Positions 11,771 through 23,822 of a stretch of DNA of 64,000 nucleotides are shown here, one piece after another. Made by a program: the position numbers and the translations under genes. The stretch covers positions 604,301-668,300 of the forward strand of contig OZ287704.1 of assembly GCA_965649825.1 (NCBI GenBank), given 5' to 3'. The notes beneath the pieces were generated by a model. It searched no databases. It was given only the letters and a program-made list of their open reading frames with translations, and was not told the origin of the DNA. Position 1 is the first letter of the stretch; every line of letters starts with the position of its first letter. This stretch comes from Penicillus capitatus. Its lineage: Eukaryota > Plantae > Chlorophyta.

Positions 11771-12830
11771 TTACAAGATCTCAAAGTTCTTGTGGACCAG
11801 ATGGCGCCACTCTCTGTCCGCTTTTGCTTGAAAAAACGAACATACTTCGTCATCTGTAGGAACTGGGCTTCTACTTGACCTGCTAAACTTACTCTTCTTG
11901 TTGATCTCGGCAATATGCTCTTTTAAACTCGAGAGAGGCTTCCTGTATACTTTATCGACTCCCTGTACTTGCTCGTTCGCTTTTTTGAAGATGGCAGGTG
12001 TGAACTTCAATTCAAGTACCGGATTCAGTGTTATGCTTCAGCCGGGACACTGTCCTCGCAACGAACTGTAAACATACATCTCGAGAATGCAGACCTCAGA
12101 ATGAAGTTGTCGACTGCCGCCGGATCTATAATTCATGTTTCCAGATAGAGATTTCTACAATCCTTAGTTTGTCGTTTTCTAGGTATCTTTTTCGATGCGT
12201 TAAAACCGCTGCCAAAGTTACCCGTTCAATTGCTGGCACTCGATTACTGTTTATCATCAACATAGAAGAGGAGAAAGGATGCGCCACGTTGGCATCTCCG
12301 AGACTTCGTGACTTATGTGTTTCAGCAACTGCTGAGACCATCGAAGATGAAGCCATCTATTCTTCGTTTCCACCGGTAGCGTTTGGTGTTGCGTTGAAAA
12401 CGACATTGATGAGAGTCTTCTGCAAAGAAGCTGCTAAGCGAAGCGTTCATCGTTTCGATCGCTGTGCGGACCAATTGATCTTCGGCGTTTGCGTGCGACT
12501 GCGAACTTTTCTATGCGGCAGCCAACGCAGAAAAGATTGCCTTACCGAGATGAGCCCATTGACGAATAAGGGTCCGTTTAAAAAACTGCATTTCATGGCA
12601 TGTCAGCTCTGTGTAAAGACAGGATTGTTCGGAAGTAGGACATCCGTGGCTTACGTATCCACGCGAGAGACAACAGAATAGCCGCGTTACGATGCCGAAA
12701 ACGATCGAGATGCTCTTAACACCGTGGCTTTCGTGCGTGTCTATTGAATCTGTCTCTGTCTGTGTTTCTTCGTGACGTGACGATGCGCAGTGAGTGAGTG
12801 GCCTTCCTTTAGCCAGCACTCTGTACAATG
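11771..12830 (-). other. Possible degenerate or multi-exon coding fragments of unknown function
   Basis: Protein-like minus frames at 11771-12010 (KEHIAEINKKS..DREWRHLVHKNFEIL), 12126-12356 and 12511-12828. I could not assemble a convincing splice path. Confidence 0.25.
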
Positions 12831-13250
12831 CGCGTTAGGAGAGCGAGTTCGTCCTATGGCAGATCGAAGTCTGAGACTGAGTCGACAGACGCTTGGTTAG
12901 CCACTGTCTTTCCGATTTGCGGTGTGGAATGGGCTCGGGCGTTTTCCAAAGGCCGCTCTGAATGCAGCGTTGCAATAGGAAACTGCCACACGGGAGAACC
13001 GTTGTTCTCCGTTATCGACTGCACGTGAAGCGACGACTTCCAGCGACGATAAAAACAGCAGGAATGCCTTCTTTCAAAAAAGGTTTTTGTTCGTGCAACC
13101 GCCTCTCGAATCTAACGAAAGATGCTGATGAAGTGTACAGCTGAATTCGTCTAATCGTTAATGAAAGCGAAAAAATAATCGAATGATTGATAATCTGGCA
13201 CAAGGCTTCAGAAGCGTCGTTTAGCGGAGATGGCTCTAGCTGTGACGCCG

Positions 13251-14363
13251 TCAAACTTGTGAAGAAGGATGTACTCGGCGATCCTTAGGAAGCTCTAGAT
13301 AGTAAAGCATGAATGAGATCAAGATGAAAACGCCGACCCAAACTGGGACGACGATGGCGCAGGCCAATGTCCCGCCCCAAATAGCGACTCCTATCAACCA
13401 CGGCAGACAAAACAGCGGAGCAAGAAGCAAAAACCCGAAAAACAGGCTAAAGTGCTGTCGGCAAATTTCTAACAAACAAACAATAATAACAGGAACAAAT
13501 GTTTCTGCACTCACCACAAGCATCAACCATATCACGTTTACTTTTAAACATCCGGCATCTTCATTAACGCGATTGGATTGAACAAACCAGGAAAAGAAAC
13601 CTGTCAGTATTAAGAAATAGAGTCCGAAGCCTCCTCCAACACCAACACCAATCTCAATGCTGCACCATCCACCGTAATGAGCAGCGCAGCGAATCATGGA
13701 CCTCTCTCGGCATTCCCAGTGCTTGCAGAAAAGCTCTCCTCTTGTAAAACACTCGCAAACTGATGACGCGATCTTGTAACTGGATGAGATGTTGCCCTTC
13801 CAGCGATAGCAATACTCTCCTGTGACGTCCTCCTCCAGACATTTGTAGTCCCCTTTCTTGGGATCGATTCTGGAGCTGTCCTCTCTACACGACCACTCTG
13901 AACAGTATCGCCGATTCGGAACTCGCGAGTGGCATGCACACGTCAAGGTGTTGTTGCCAACACTCGCACACCTAGTGGATTCTCGGCTGGCTGTGCAGTC
14001 GTCACGTTCGTCGACATCGGTCGTCGTGCACTCCCAGTGGTCGCAACAAGTTAGGTCCGTTGCGCCAGTACAAGTGCAGTTGTCGTATTCCCCTCTCTTT
14101 CCATTCCCCTCCTGCATCGACCAGTGGCGACAGCGACTGCTTGCGTCTTCGAGACAGTCGTAAATTTTCGCTTTCGTTTTGCTGGCGACTCGCCACAGAC
14201 CGCCTCTGTAAACACCGGACTCTGTGTAATACCCGGCCACACGCTTCATGCGATTCCAGGACTGCAGACCTTCGTTCAAATCGTGAGCTGTCTCATTGGA
14301 CTCTCCCAGTGCCGCAACAACGAAACAAGCCGCAGTACAGAAGTAGTATACAGATGCAATCAT
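13251..14363 (-). CDS. Signal-peptide Cys/Trp-repeat membrane protein, copy A (intronless, intact)
   Basis: 370-aa ORF: hydrophobic N-terminus, about five C-x-C-x(6-9)-C-x2-W-x-C-type modules, then about four hydrophobic segments. Paralogue at 48568-49611. Confidence 0.8.
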   Translation of the reverse strand: MIASVYYFCTAACFVVAALGESNETAHDLNEGLQSWNRMKRVAGYYTESGVYRGGLWRVASKTKAKIYDCLEDASSRCRHWSMQEGNGKRGEYDNCTCTGATDLTCCDHWECTTTDVDERDDCTASRESTRCASVGNNTLTCACHSRVPNRRYCSEWSCREDSSRIDPKKGDYKCLEEDVTGEYCYRWKGNISSSYKIASSVCECFTRGELFCKHWECRERSMIRCAAHYGGWCSIEIGVGVGGGFGLYFLILTGFFSWFVQSNRVNEDAGCLKVNVIWLMLVVSAETFVPVIIVCLLEICRQHFSLFFGFLLLAPLFCLPWLIGVAIWGGTLACAIVVPVWVGVFILISFMLYYLELPKDRRVHPSSQV

Positions 14364-14440
14364 GGCTCAAAACGTGACGCTAAACACGGACGGCGCTCGT
14401 GCACTGCTACCATGCAGCTCTCGTACAGCACAGATGATGT

Positions 14441-14448
14441 TATTTATA
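14441..14448 (-). promoter_or_regulatory. Possible TATA box (TATAAATA) about 80 nt upstream of the Cys/Trp-repeat gene
   Basis: Motif and distance only. It is not conserved upstream of the paralogue. Confidence 0.25.
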
Positions 14449-15410
14449 CTTCTCAATCAGCGACGAATCGCGAAGATGACATGAACGTCGAATCTCAGAT
14501 CGCGGTGATCGGAAAGCAGTTGCTGGCGACTTACCCGCGACAGTGCACGCGTCCGCGTCGATCGCAGATGGCCATCGAGATATTCGCACTTCCTATCGCA
14601 GCTGCGGATTCCTTCCATCGACGTTCTCCAGAGGCCGCTGTGACGGTTCTTCGTTACGGACAGCGAAAAGCAATGACATCCTCGGAATGTAACGGATGGT
14701 CTCGTTGGCGAGATCTGTCCATCGCCTGTATTACACTTTCGCCTCTTTCTGAAGAGTGCAAGAGACTAGGCAAGGTAAGATCTTACACCGAAGAAGATTC
14801 GTTCGTATAAAGATCAATCGCTTTTATTATCTGGCGCTTCCCGCGATCAAAGAAACGATTTCGGCATTCGGATGCAAAGTACCCGCTCAAATGAAGCTCG
14901 AGTCGGCTGACTCTCGTGTATTCGCCGGTCCGAGTTCGCCGTCTCCGCACGCTCGACAGCACTACGAGGATTCGACGAAGCTGCATCGGCAGTCGTGCCA
15001 ACTGCGAGCTGCTGCACATCCGTCCCGCTCTTCCGCTTCTGCTGAAACGCGACGGCCACTTCTTGGCCGTCTGCACACGGCATCAAACGCGCAGCCGTAG
15101 CAGCAGCAACGCACACCGCCGTCGAACACGCCTTCGCTGCGAGTGACGAGACGAACACGAGAGAGCGAAGAAAGAAATGGTCTGTCGAAGCTCTCGGAAA
15201 GGCGATCGCATCGCCTCGGCGCCGCGAGAGGCAAACGATCCGAACGCCGCCTCGAACGCTGCCGAAATTGCAGGCGCCGTCCCGTCCTACCTCGTTCTCA
15301 CGGACGAGCCACACTAACGCTCGCGAATGCGTTGCGCGAGACGACGGAGGAACAGGTCGAAACGGCCGAAACCGATCAGCGATGTCGCCCATAGTCGGCT
15401 TTCGAGTACA

Positions 15411-17015
15411 CTACTGTGTTTTGTCCAGTCCGACGCCGATGGCTGCCAGTCTCTCCGGCACCGGGGGATGCGAATAGTGGTAAGTCGAGTACCACGGATC
15501 CACGTTCAGCGATCCCTTGTTCGAGTTCTCCAGGGTGATCAGAGCCCGCCGCAGAGCCGGTCCCATGCCCAGGTTCACGGCGAAGTTGTCTGCCTGGAAC
15601 TCGAACCTTCGGCTCAGTATGTTCTGGAAGAACTCCACGATCTGAGCACACACCATCGCCTAGCTGGGAGCCGAGGTCCACTTCCGACGTCTCGCACCTC
15701 GTTTAAGGGAGCGCTGATGAACGAGAACAGCACGAAGGAGACGAAGGCGGGACGGTCTTCGGCAAACCCAAAAGACACGTAGAGATCGTCCGACGTGCGC
15801 ACCAGACTGAAAAGGAGGAACTGAGTGAGGAGGAAGACCTGAACTGTGACGAAGTTGCAGAGGTTGTGCGACAGCTTCCAGTGACCTGGGAACAGAGGAG
15901 CTCTGCGCCTGCCGCAGTCCGCAGCGCGAGACGCACCGAGCTCGTGGGCCAGCACGGCCGCGATCTCGTCCTCGGTGCACTGTTCGATCAGGGTGTCGTA
16001 CAGGACAATGCGCTTGTTGCCGAAGAGCCCGTACATGTACGCATTGGAGTGGCCGCTTCGCTTGGAACCGTCGACCTTGTACAGCTTCTTCAGCGGAAAT
16101 CCCAGACGTGATGCCAGGGCCTCAATCCGATCTCTGAGCGATCCCTGTTGCGCGCACCCGGTCGCTCTGCGCAGCCAGAGGGGAGGGAGCCTTGACCTGA
16201 TCGAGCGGCTCGAATCTGTTGAAGAGCGGGGCGATGACGGTGGGATAGATCGTCATCATGAACAGACTCAGCACCAGGCAGAACAGCCACAGGTAGACGG
16301 GCAGCCAGTGGTCCGAGTGCAGCAGAATCCAAGTGAAGCTTCCGACGATCGGCGGCAGGAAGATCGCGCCCAACATCCACTGCACAGCAGGAGAGGGTCT
16401 CGCGCGATCGATCGACGGAGCGGGCATCCACTCTGGTCAGTGTGTCGGAGACGAACCCCTCCCCCGTTTGCTTGTTGAAGCCGTGGCTCTCCTCGAGAAC
16501 GAAGGTCCGGTAGATGCTCCACGGTATGTCCAGGACGGAGGAGATCCACAGCAGCACGCCGATGTAGACAACCGTGCAAGGGATCTCTCCGGAAAGGGCC
16601 CTCGGCAGGTACAGCATCCGAGAGCGGACGAGCCTCCACGCGAGGGGAAGCCATTCGCAGTAGAGCACCAGACACGTCTGGAACACGGAGCAGAATCCGT
16701 AGACGATGCTGAACCACCTGCGAGACGCCCCTCTTGGGAACAGACGTCGGATGCCGTGACTTGCCATTTGTCGATGGAATAGGAACGGGACTTCTGGAAG
16801 GTCTCTTGCGAGAAGACGGATGCGAGCGACTCTGGCAGGTAGGTGCGCCGAATCGCCTAGAGATCTTTGCTCAAGACAGAGTCCGAGACCGCGGGCGTGT
16901 TCTTTACGCGGTACTGACGCAGGTCGAGGTAGGTGTGGAGAACGTAGACAGCGACGGTGAACTCCAAGACGAGAGACGCATAGGGAACAATCGCTCCCGA
17001 CTCAGACGCCGTCAT
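15411..17015 (-). CDS. STE24: CAAX prenyl protease 1 (Ste24/FACE1, peptidase M48), multi-exon
   Basis: Spliced N-terminus MTASESG..TYLDLRQYR/AIRR..SYSIDKW/WFSIVYG. Also FVLEESHGFNKQT, SNAYMYGLFGNKRIVLYDTL, the HELG/HWK zinc motif split by an intron, EFQADNFA and YHYSHPPVPERL. Confidence 0.95.
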
Positions 17016-17923
17016 GTGGCTGCACTGTCACGACACTCGCGAGAGCGGAATGAAAGGAAACAGCTCGATGGCGACACAGACGTCTTGTCATGCAATTCCT
17101 CCGCCATAGAAGACAATACGACGACTTTCAGAAACGCAGCTGCACGAGAGCCTGCTGCAGAGCATCGAACTCTTTAGTTTCCTGAGCAGTGTAGCATTCG
17201 ATGAGAAAGGAAAGTGCAGAGACGCGCACTTTGTCGCTCATGCGGATGTGTTTGCGTCGGACTTGAGTAGAGTGATAGACAAATCCACGACAGTTCGCGA
17301 ACCGACCTGCCTCGTTAAGCGAGATGTCCACAAGAGAAGGAAGGGAAGAAATCGAGACGACCCGAGGTCTTGACGTGTCTGATCTCGATGTCTTCGAATC
17401 CAACGTGCTTCACGCCACAGCAGGCATCGCAGACCTGCAGAGATCACACCATTGATTCGGCTCTGGATCGCCGATGTGGTCCGCCGGCACCTCTCTGTGT
17501 CGATCTCTCGCACATCGGACGATGCAGAGTCCCGAGAAGGGATGGTAGTGCAGCACTGCGTCACACAAGGTCTGCTCCTCGACGAGACGCGAAGCGAAGA
17601 GGACACCTTTGAAGTGCGAGAGTCCGGCGCCACATTCGCCCATGCGCTCTCGAATCGATCGACGCATCGCCTGCGACAGATCTGACGACCCTGGACGCAT
17701 CACTCAATCGAGAGACGTCCGTCCGCTTCAGCAAACCGATTCGTCGATTTCCCTGCCGCGTGACGGCCTCCATGACGACGTATCTGAGAGCGGCAGTCGA
17801 GACGCGGATAGCAGAGGCGATCGAGCGAAGGGGACGAACCTGAAGTGCGGTCGAACCATTTCGACGTCCACGGATCATTAGTCGATTTCCGCAGCAGACG
17901 AGCGAGATCGATCCGTCTGAAGG

Positions 17924-18603
17924 ATGTCAGTCTTCACCGCCTCCAAGCCGCTGCAGCTGGCACTGCCGTCGCGTCTCTCCTGCAGTACGCCGACAAGGAG
18001 CAGGCTCGCTCCCGCCAAGGCCCTTCGCGGCAGCCTCGTCGCCTACGACGGCCTGCACACGCACGGATCCCTCCTGACCTGCGAACCAGGTAGAGAGACT
18101 CGTCGGCTACCGCGTTGGGTCTTCGAGCGTTCGCTGTTGCAGTCGTCGAACACGCGCTGCCGAGCGTCGTTTCGAATGGCGCCACCGTCTTCGCCATGCG
18201 TCACAGGCGCAGGGTCAAGAAGCTCGGCCGTCCGGCGGATCAGCGGAAGGCGTTGATTCGAGGTCTCGTTACAGAAATCCTCCGTCACGGAAAGATCAAG
18301 ACCACTACGGTACTCCCTATCGCTCTGATCCACCCATCGTTCACAGGTTCCCCTGCTGCGCAGCCCAAGGCCAAAGCCATTCGTTCCTATGTGGACAAAA
18401 TGATCGGCCTGGCAAAACGGGGAGACCTCCATGCGCGAAGACAGGCTCTGGCGTTCATATACGATCAGGCACTCGTCAGAAGCCTCTTCGAGAAAGTCCC
18501 CGAAAGATACGCCGATCGCAACTCCGGCTTTACACGCATCAAGAAGGAGATCAAACGTCGGCGCGGTGACAATGCAGAGATGTCCAGTATTGAACTCGTG
18601 TAA
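17924..18603 (+). CDS. RPL17: Plastid-targeted 50S ribosomal protein L17 (3 exons)
   Basis: Ser/Arg-rich transit peptide from 17924. Introns 18090-18142 and 18310-18363. [37 protein letters not shown]...[14 protein letters not shown]. Confidence 0.93.
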
Positions 18604-18721
18604 GAACAATCTCTGCTAGTAAGTAAGGCAAAAACGCATGTACCAACCAACTTGCAGACGGAACTCTTCGCATCAACGGGTTCCGTCTTCCCGAGCGAGT
18701 GCTTCGTTTGTTTGCTGTCTG

Positions 18722-19969
18722 TCACTGACGGGCGTCCATCGATAGACTCGTCGACAGGACGTAGATCAGCGGAATGGCGCAGAAGAGGAGAAATTCGAAC
18801 AGCAGAGAGCCCAGATGAACAACGCAGTCTGTACAGATCCTCCTATGGAACCACTTGAGGAAATCGGACAGCAGGATCTTCGCAAGGTCCGTGGACGCCC
18901 GTCCGCAGAACTGGTAGAGGAGATGCCGGTGATCTTCGTCCTGAGCGACCACAGCTATAGATTCCGCCAGAGACGACACGATCTCCTTCGTCACGCTGGG
19001 CAGCAGTGGTTCGGGTCTCGGACGCCTGACAGGGACAGGCACTGGAGGGTCGGAGTAGTCCACTTCAGGCTGGATCTCCGGGCACACCGGGGCGTGTTGG
19101 CTTCCCCGCGGTCGCGTGTCCGTCAGCGCGTGGACAAGGGATCGGGCGAACTCCCTCGACGACACGCCCGCCAGTTGGCTGATGAATCGCATGTTGTTGG
19201 GACGCGAGATGACGCGGAAGATCTCGTCCCACGAATCCACTCCTTGCGACTTCTCGATCACGACCGTCACGAGCGTGGAGGCGAACGCCGTGACGATGGA
19301 CGACATGACGCATCGGCCGTTTGGGGTGGACATGAGCGAGAGCATGAGATCGATCGGCGTCGACGCGTGGCCCGTCTGACTGCCGATCAGAGGCGATTTG
19401 AAATCGCTGAGGACCTGCAGCAGCTCCTCCGCGCCGTGTCGAGTGGCCAGCCGAATCGCGAGCGACAGCAGATCAGGACGCCGCGTTGCCCGAACGATGA
19501 CGCGCTCGACGAGATTCTCCAGGACGTCGTGACTCTTCAACGATGTCTCGTCGCCACCACTGACGGCCATTCCTTCGAAGAAGGCCATCACCAGGGAACG
19601 GGCTGCCGTTCGGAATTCTGGCGTGGTCATCAGTTCCGTCGTTCGACTGATGCTTCGCGGAATGCACTTCGCGTCGGATTCGAGGTAGGTTTGGATGTCC
19701 GAGACCAGTGTGCCAGAAATCTCGGCGAGTCTCGACACGGTGTCCACGGCGTTGAGTCCTGCTCGGACGGCTCTCCGCAGCTTCGTCGAGAATTCGTGGA
19801 TGCGCTCCTGCTGGTACAGAGCGTACAGCCCGAATCCTGTCACCGAAAGGGCGACGGACAGACTCCATAGTCTGCGATTCTGCAGCGTGGGGACGTGGGC
19901 GAGGCCGAAATAGGCGACAATGGCACTTCGCGCATCCATCGGAATGTGAGAAGGGAACGTCGCATGCAC
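18722..19969 (-). CDS. PHLOEM PROTEIN 2-LIKE A10-like protein (single exon; start may be 19939)
   Basis: 415-aa ORF. The N-terminal TM 'LSVALSVTGFGLYALY' followed by 'SDIQTYLESDAKCIPRSISRTTELMTTPEF' resembles the plant PP2-A10 pattern (recalled family similarity, not searched). Confidence 0.7.
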   Translation of the reverse strand: MHATFPSHIPMDARSAIVAYFGLAHVPTLQNRRLWSLSVALSVTGFGLYALYQQERIHEFSTKLRRAVRAGLNAVDTVSRLAEISGTLVSDIQTYLESDAKCIPRSISRTTELMTTPEFRTAARSLVMAFFEGMAVSGGDETSLKSHDVLENLVERVIVRATRRPDLLSLAIRLATRHGAEELLQVLSDFKSPLIGSQTGHASTPIDLMLSLMSTPNGRCVMSSIVTAFASTLVTVVIEKSQGVDSWDEIFRVISRPNNMRFISQLAGVSSREFARSLVHALTDTRPRGSQHAPVCPEIQPEVDYSDPPVPVPVRRPRPEPLLPSVTKEIVSSLAESIAVVAQDEDHRHLLYQFCGRASTDLAKILLSDFLKWFHRRICTDCVVHLGSLLFEFLLFCAIPLIYVLSTSLSMDARQ

Positions 19970-20041
19970 GAACGCACACGCCTGTTAGGAAAATGGCGCA
20001 GCAAAAGATGTGACGTCTGTACGAGGGCGACAATCCTAAAG

Positions 20042-20980
20042 ATGAGCGACGTCGAATCCCTTCGCATCAGATCGAAGGTGCGACGGACGCGTCCGGTTCT
20101 CGATGACTCTCGGAAGCTGAATGCAGGTCGTCGTCGGTCTGGTAGGAATTGACGGTTCCAGGTGAGACGCCGTTGGCAGAGGAGCCGGGTGGACGGTGCA
20201 GATGCAGTGTTCAGTTTCTCTACGGGCTGATGACGGCGCGGCGATTGACGCCGATAACGCCGCCTTCGTTGTCGCCCAGCTCGGCGGCACTGGTCGTCGA
20301 TGACTCGGTGCATCATGCGTTGCCTCCTGTCATGCTGTTCGACGATGGAGAGGTGCGTCGATCCACGCAGACGCACCATGCCGCGAGCCTCACTGCCGCA
20401 GATCTCTTTCTTGCTGCTGAACGTTAAGCCGAGAAGCGACTCGTGCGTTCACTTCGTCTCCTCGTGCTTTGATCTCCTCAGGGACAAGTGCGAGGTCGAT
20501 CTCCTCGGCGAAAGCCGTCTCATCATCTTGACGACCTTGCGAATGACACGGCCTCCCGATCCGGGTGAGTGCCAACAGAGCGGCATTCGATGTGACGGAT
20601 ATGCAGGCCTCTATTGCATCGAACTCCACGGCCAGGGACAGGGCCAGCCACCCGGCCGTCCTCTTCCCGAGAGCTTCGAGATTCCCGATGCGATGTTCGC
20701 ATCATGGCTGCATTTCGCGGACGTTTTGCAGATCCACACCACCTGCCTCCTGACACCAGGTACCTCCGTTGTCCGTCTGCACACGCCGGTCATGTTCTTT
20801 TCAGGCTACCGTCCGGACCTTTCTGGCAGTCGTTCAGTGGAGACATCGTCGGACGCCGTTCTCCTTCGAGGCCTTCGCGATCTGCTGTCGATCGACGCCC
20901 CGTACATACCGATCGCACTCAAAATTGCAAAAAGCGTGTGGTCTGCCTCCACGGAAGACAACGATGTCCTCTACACGTGA
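20042..20980 (+). CDS. Hypothetical protein (probably multi-exon; 5' structure uncertain)
   Basis: Long GC3-rich frame 20300-20980 (LLNVKPRSDSC..IPDAMFASWLHFADVLQIHTTCLLTPG) fills the gap between two genes. Weakly reminiscent of proteasome assembly chaperones (inference only). Confidence 0.5.
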
Positions 20981-22786
20981 CTAGGTCTGTGTCCTTTCTG
21001 TCTGGTACGGCAGGATCTTGATGTTGCCATTCTTCACGAACCACTGCACCACCTTCGCGTTTTGCAGAACTTCCCGTGCCATTTCCTCCAATCGATCTTT
21101 GTCGTACGACTCGCCCATGTCCTGCGCGATACCCCTTGCGGACGGCTGTGCCGCCGTCGTGCCATACCTGAAACTCGCTCTCGGCCTTCGCAACCTCTGC
21201 CTCTATCTCGTCGTCGCTGACGGACATCTCTTGTTCCGCAAAGACGGCCTGCATGGCAGCGATCCCCTTTTGGTCTCTCTCGATCTCGGTCCGATGCGAC
21301 ATCATGTAGTTATTGAGCATCTGCTCCGTCGCGAGACTCTCCAGGGCGGAAGGACCCAATTTACCCTTCAACCATGTCTCGGGCCGGAACGATTGCTGCT
21401 GTACTCGGATCGCACTTTGGATTGCATTTCGAGGAGCATTGTCTGGTACCTGACCTTTGCCGTCTCCATCAAGGCTGCTTCCGGGATCTCCATGTCGACG
21501 ATGGCAGCCAGTTCGTGCAACAGAGCATCCTGAATGGCGTCCTGCAGTCTCTCTGCTCTTCGACTCCTCTCCGCCAGGATCAGAGAGGAGCGCAGATCGT
21601 CGACCGTCTGCAGCGTCGGCCGGTCGAGGGCCTTGACAAGGCCGTCCGTCAGCTCGGGCAGATCCCAAGCGAATAGCTCGCGACACGTCACAACAGCAAT
21701 GGCTTCAACGCCCCTGCAGGATGCATGGATCGAGGACAGCCACTGCTGGGCAGGGTGGACAAACCGGTAGACTGGCGGCTCCCAGTCCTGCGGAAAAGTG
21801 ATGTCGAACTCGCGAACGTCTCCAACTCGGATGCCCGTGACTCTGTCCGTCACACCTGCACAGCCCGGATGAAGGGACACTTCGCAGATCCGCGGGGTAC
21901 CGAGTGCATCAGGAAGGTCTGTGTCGAATCTGAACTTCTCCTGCTTCAGATGGGGCAGGTCTTCTCGATTGTCCGGCCGCAGAAACTGAAAATCGAGGAT
22001 CGCGACGTCGCCTTGTTCCAATCCTCGTTCGACGACCACGCGCTGAGAGCCCTTCTGTTTGCGCATGGTTCGGATGTAAGACTCTGCGTTCCTGGCATCC
22101 GACTCCTCATCTCCCTTCTCCAGTATCTCCACCTACAGTACCCTTCTTGCAAGAAAGCGAGATCTCGGGATGACTTTGAGATCACGATAGGGGGAGGCCC
22201 ATTTCACTTCGGACATGACGTCGAAAGAGATGCGAAACTGCAGTGCCTCGTCTGGGGAGAAACTCTCGGCAAGTTCCGTTGGGCTGGTCTCGAGTCGATC
22301 GCTGTCTTCGATCGCTCTGCCCTGCCAATCGCGCAGCGCCTTCTCGGCGGCCGTCTCGACAAGCTGTTGCAGCGCTTCGCCCTTGAAGGCCTCTTCTCCG
22401 CCCCTCGACCGCATCAGCAGAGGCAGAGGAACTTTCTGTCCCCTGCGAAACCCTGGAAGATGCGTTTCGGATTCGACTTTGCGAACGAAGGCATTGTAGT
22501 TTTTCTGGGTCGCTTCGGGGGAGATCGTGAGCGTCAGTTCTATCCGACTGTTCGGCAGCTCTCGATGAGTGACCTGCACAAGCGGACTGCAAACGGCCTG
22601 ATCTGTTCGATGGGGCACTTTGAGATCGTTCGAGGCCCGAGCTTGACAGAGAGTTGTGACAGACGAAGGACGGCGAATCTGAGCAGCGAGGAGAGGGATC
22701 GAAGAAAAACGGCAGACAAGGAGAGCGTTTGCCTTGTCGGGTCGGGGGAAGAACGCAGTCGGCTTCTGCGACGTCGAGATGCGCAT
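20981..22786 (-). CDS. TIG: Plastid trigger factor-like protein, multi-exon
   Basis: Transit peptide from ATG 22786. SRIELTLTIS..LPGFRRGQKVP signature, FKBP-like region ERGLEQGDVAILDF..GIRVGDVREFDITFPQDW and a C-terminal helical domain. Introns 42-51 nt. Confidence 0.92.
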
Positions 22787-23822
22787 CGAGAGGATATCGC
22801 TAGTGGGTGGGCCGAGCCGGAAGTCCCCGCGACGGAGACGAGCGCGATCTGCTGCGAGAAGGAAGTCTGTCGTACAACGCTCTCCGTCCGTCAGGTCTTG
22901 CATGTCGCCATTCGACTGAAGTTCGCCCTCCGCGGCTGACGGGCATCGACTCGCCGCTGTTCAGAACGCGGGTCGCGGGCATCGTGGCCTCGACAGTGGG
23001 ATCCGGTGCGGCTGTTCTCTGGACTGCCGGGGATCAGAGACGCGTGGCACGGGACGGTTGACGTCTGCATCGACAGGTACAGCGAAGGATGATGCGTCTG
23101 GGAGAATCCGGTGTGGGCCATGCAGGTAGCAAACTGTCCGCGACGCGATGGACAGGGACATTTTAGAAAAGGACAGTGGAATGGGCACCGTGTCGTGGTA
23201 CGGCGCCTGAGGGCGTTCTGACGGTTGACGGAGCGCCATGCAGATGCAGAGGGTCGCCGTCGGATCCCCGTTTTTCGATGTCGCTGTTGACGAGATGATT
23301 GTCGTCCGTTTTGCTTCCAGCCGGCTCAGACGAACGTTTACGGCGATTCCCCGGACGAAAATTATCTCGTCGCCGGGAAACGGGGTATAGGCAACCAAAT
23401 GGCAGAGCGCCAAGGTACGTTCGTTCGCGAGCAAACCTAAAACGGGTTGCGTTTCTCGAACGAAGCTCTTGGGTCGGAAGCCACCATCGAGAAACGACGA
23501 TTCGCGTTGCGTAGGTGGCGCTTTATGACGGATGCCAAGACAACGAACTTCATCGAGGCCGACGGGTGTAACACAACAGGTCAGTAAGAAGCCGCGTCGT
23601 TCGATGTCTTCCAACACGTTCTTTGTTCGACAGGGCTACGGGAGCATCTGACACAGGCGGGATTCTATAAGACGCGCTGTTACAAGGGCTAAGAGACGCG
23701 GAGCTTTCGACCGGAAATCAGATTGAATGGCGCCCGTCTCAGAATTGGATATTCGGTGCGGTCTCTGTTATGGGTGGCGGTAGCGTGGAGAAGGTGTTGT
23801 GTGCTGAGTAGGATCTGGACGA

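Noticed and set aside
14750-15400. Small gene downstream of STE24 (and another at 17130-17700)
   Set aside because: Only short GC-rich ORFs with no recognisable motif or consistent splice path.
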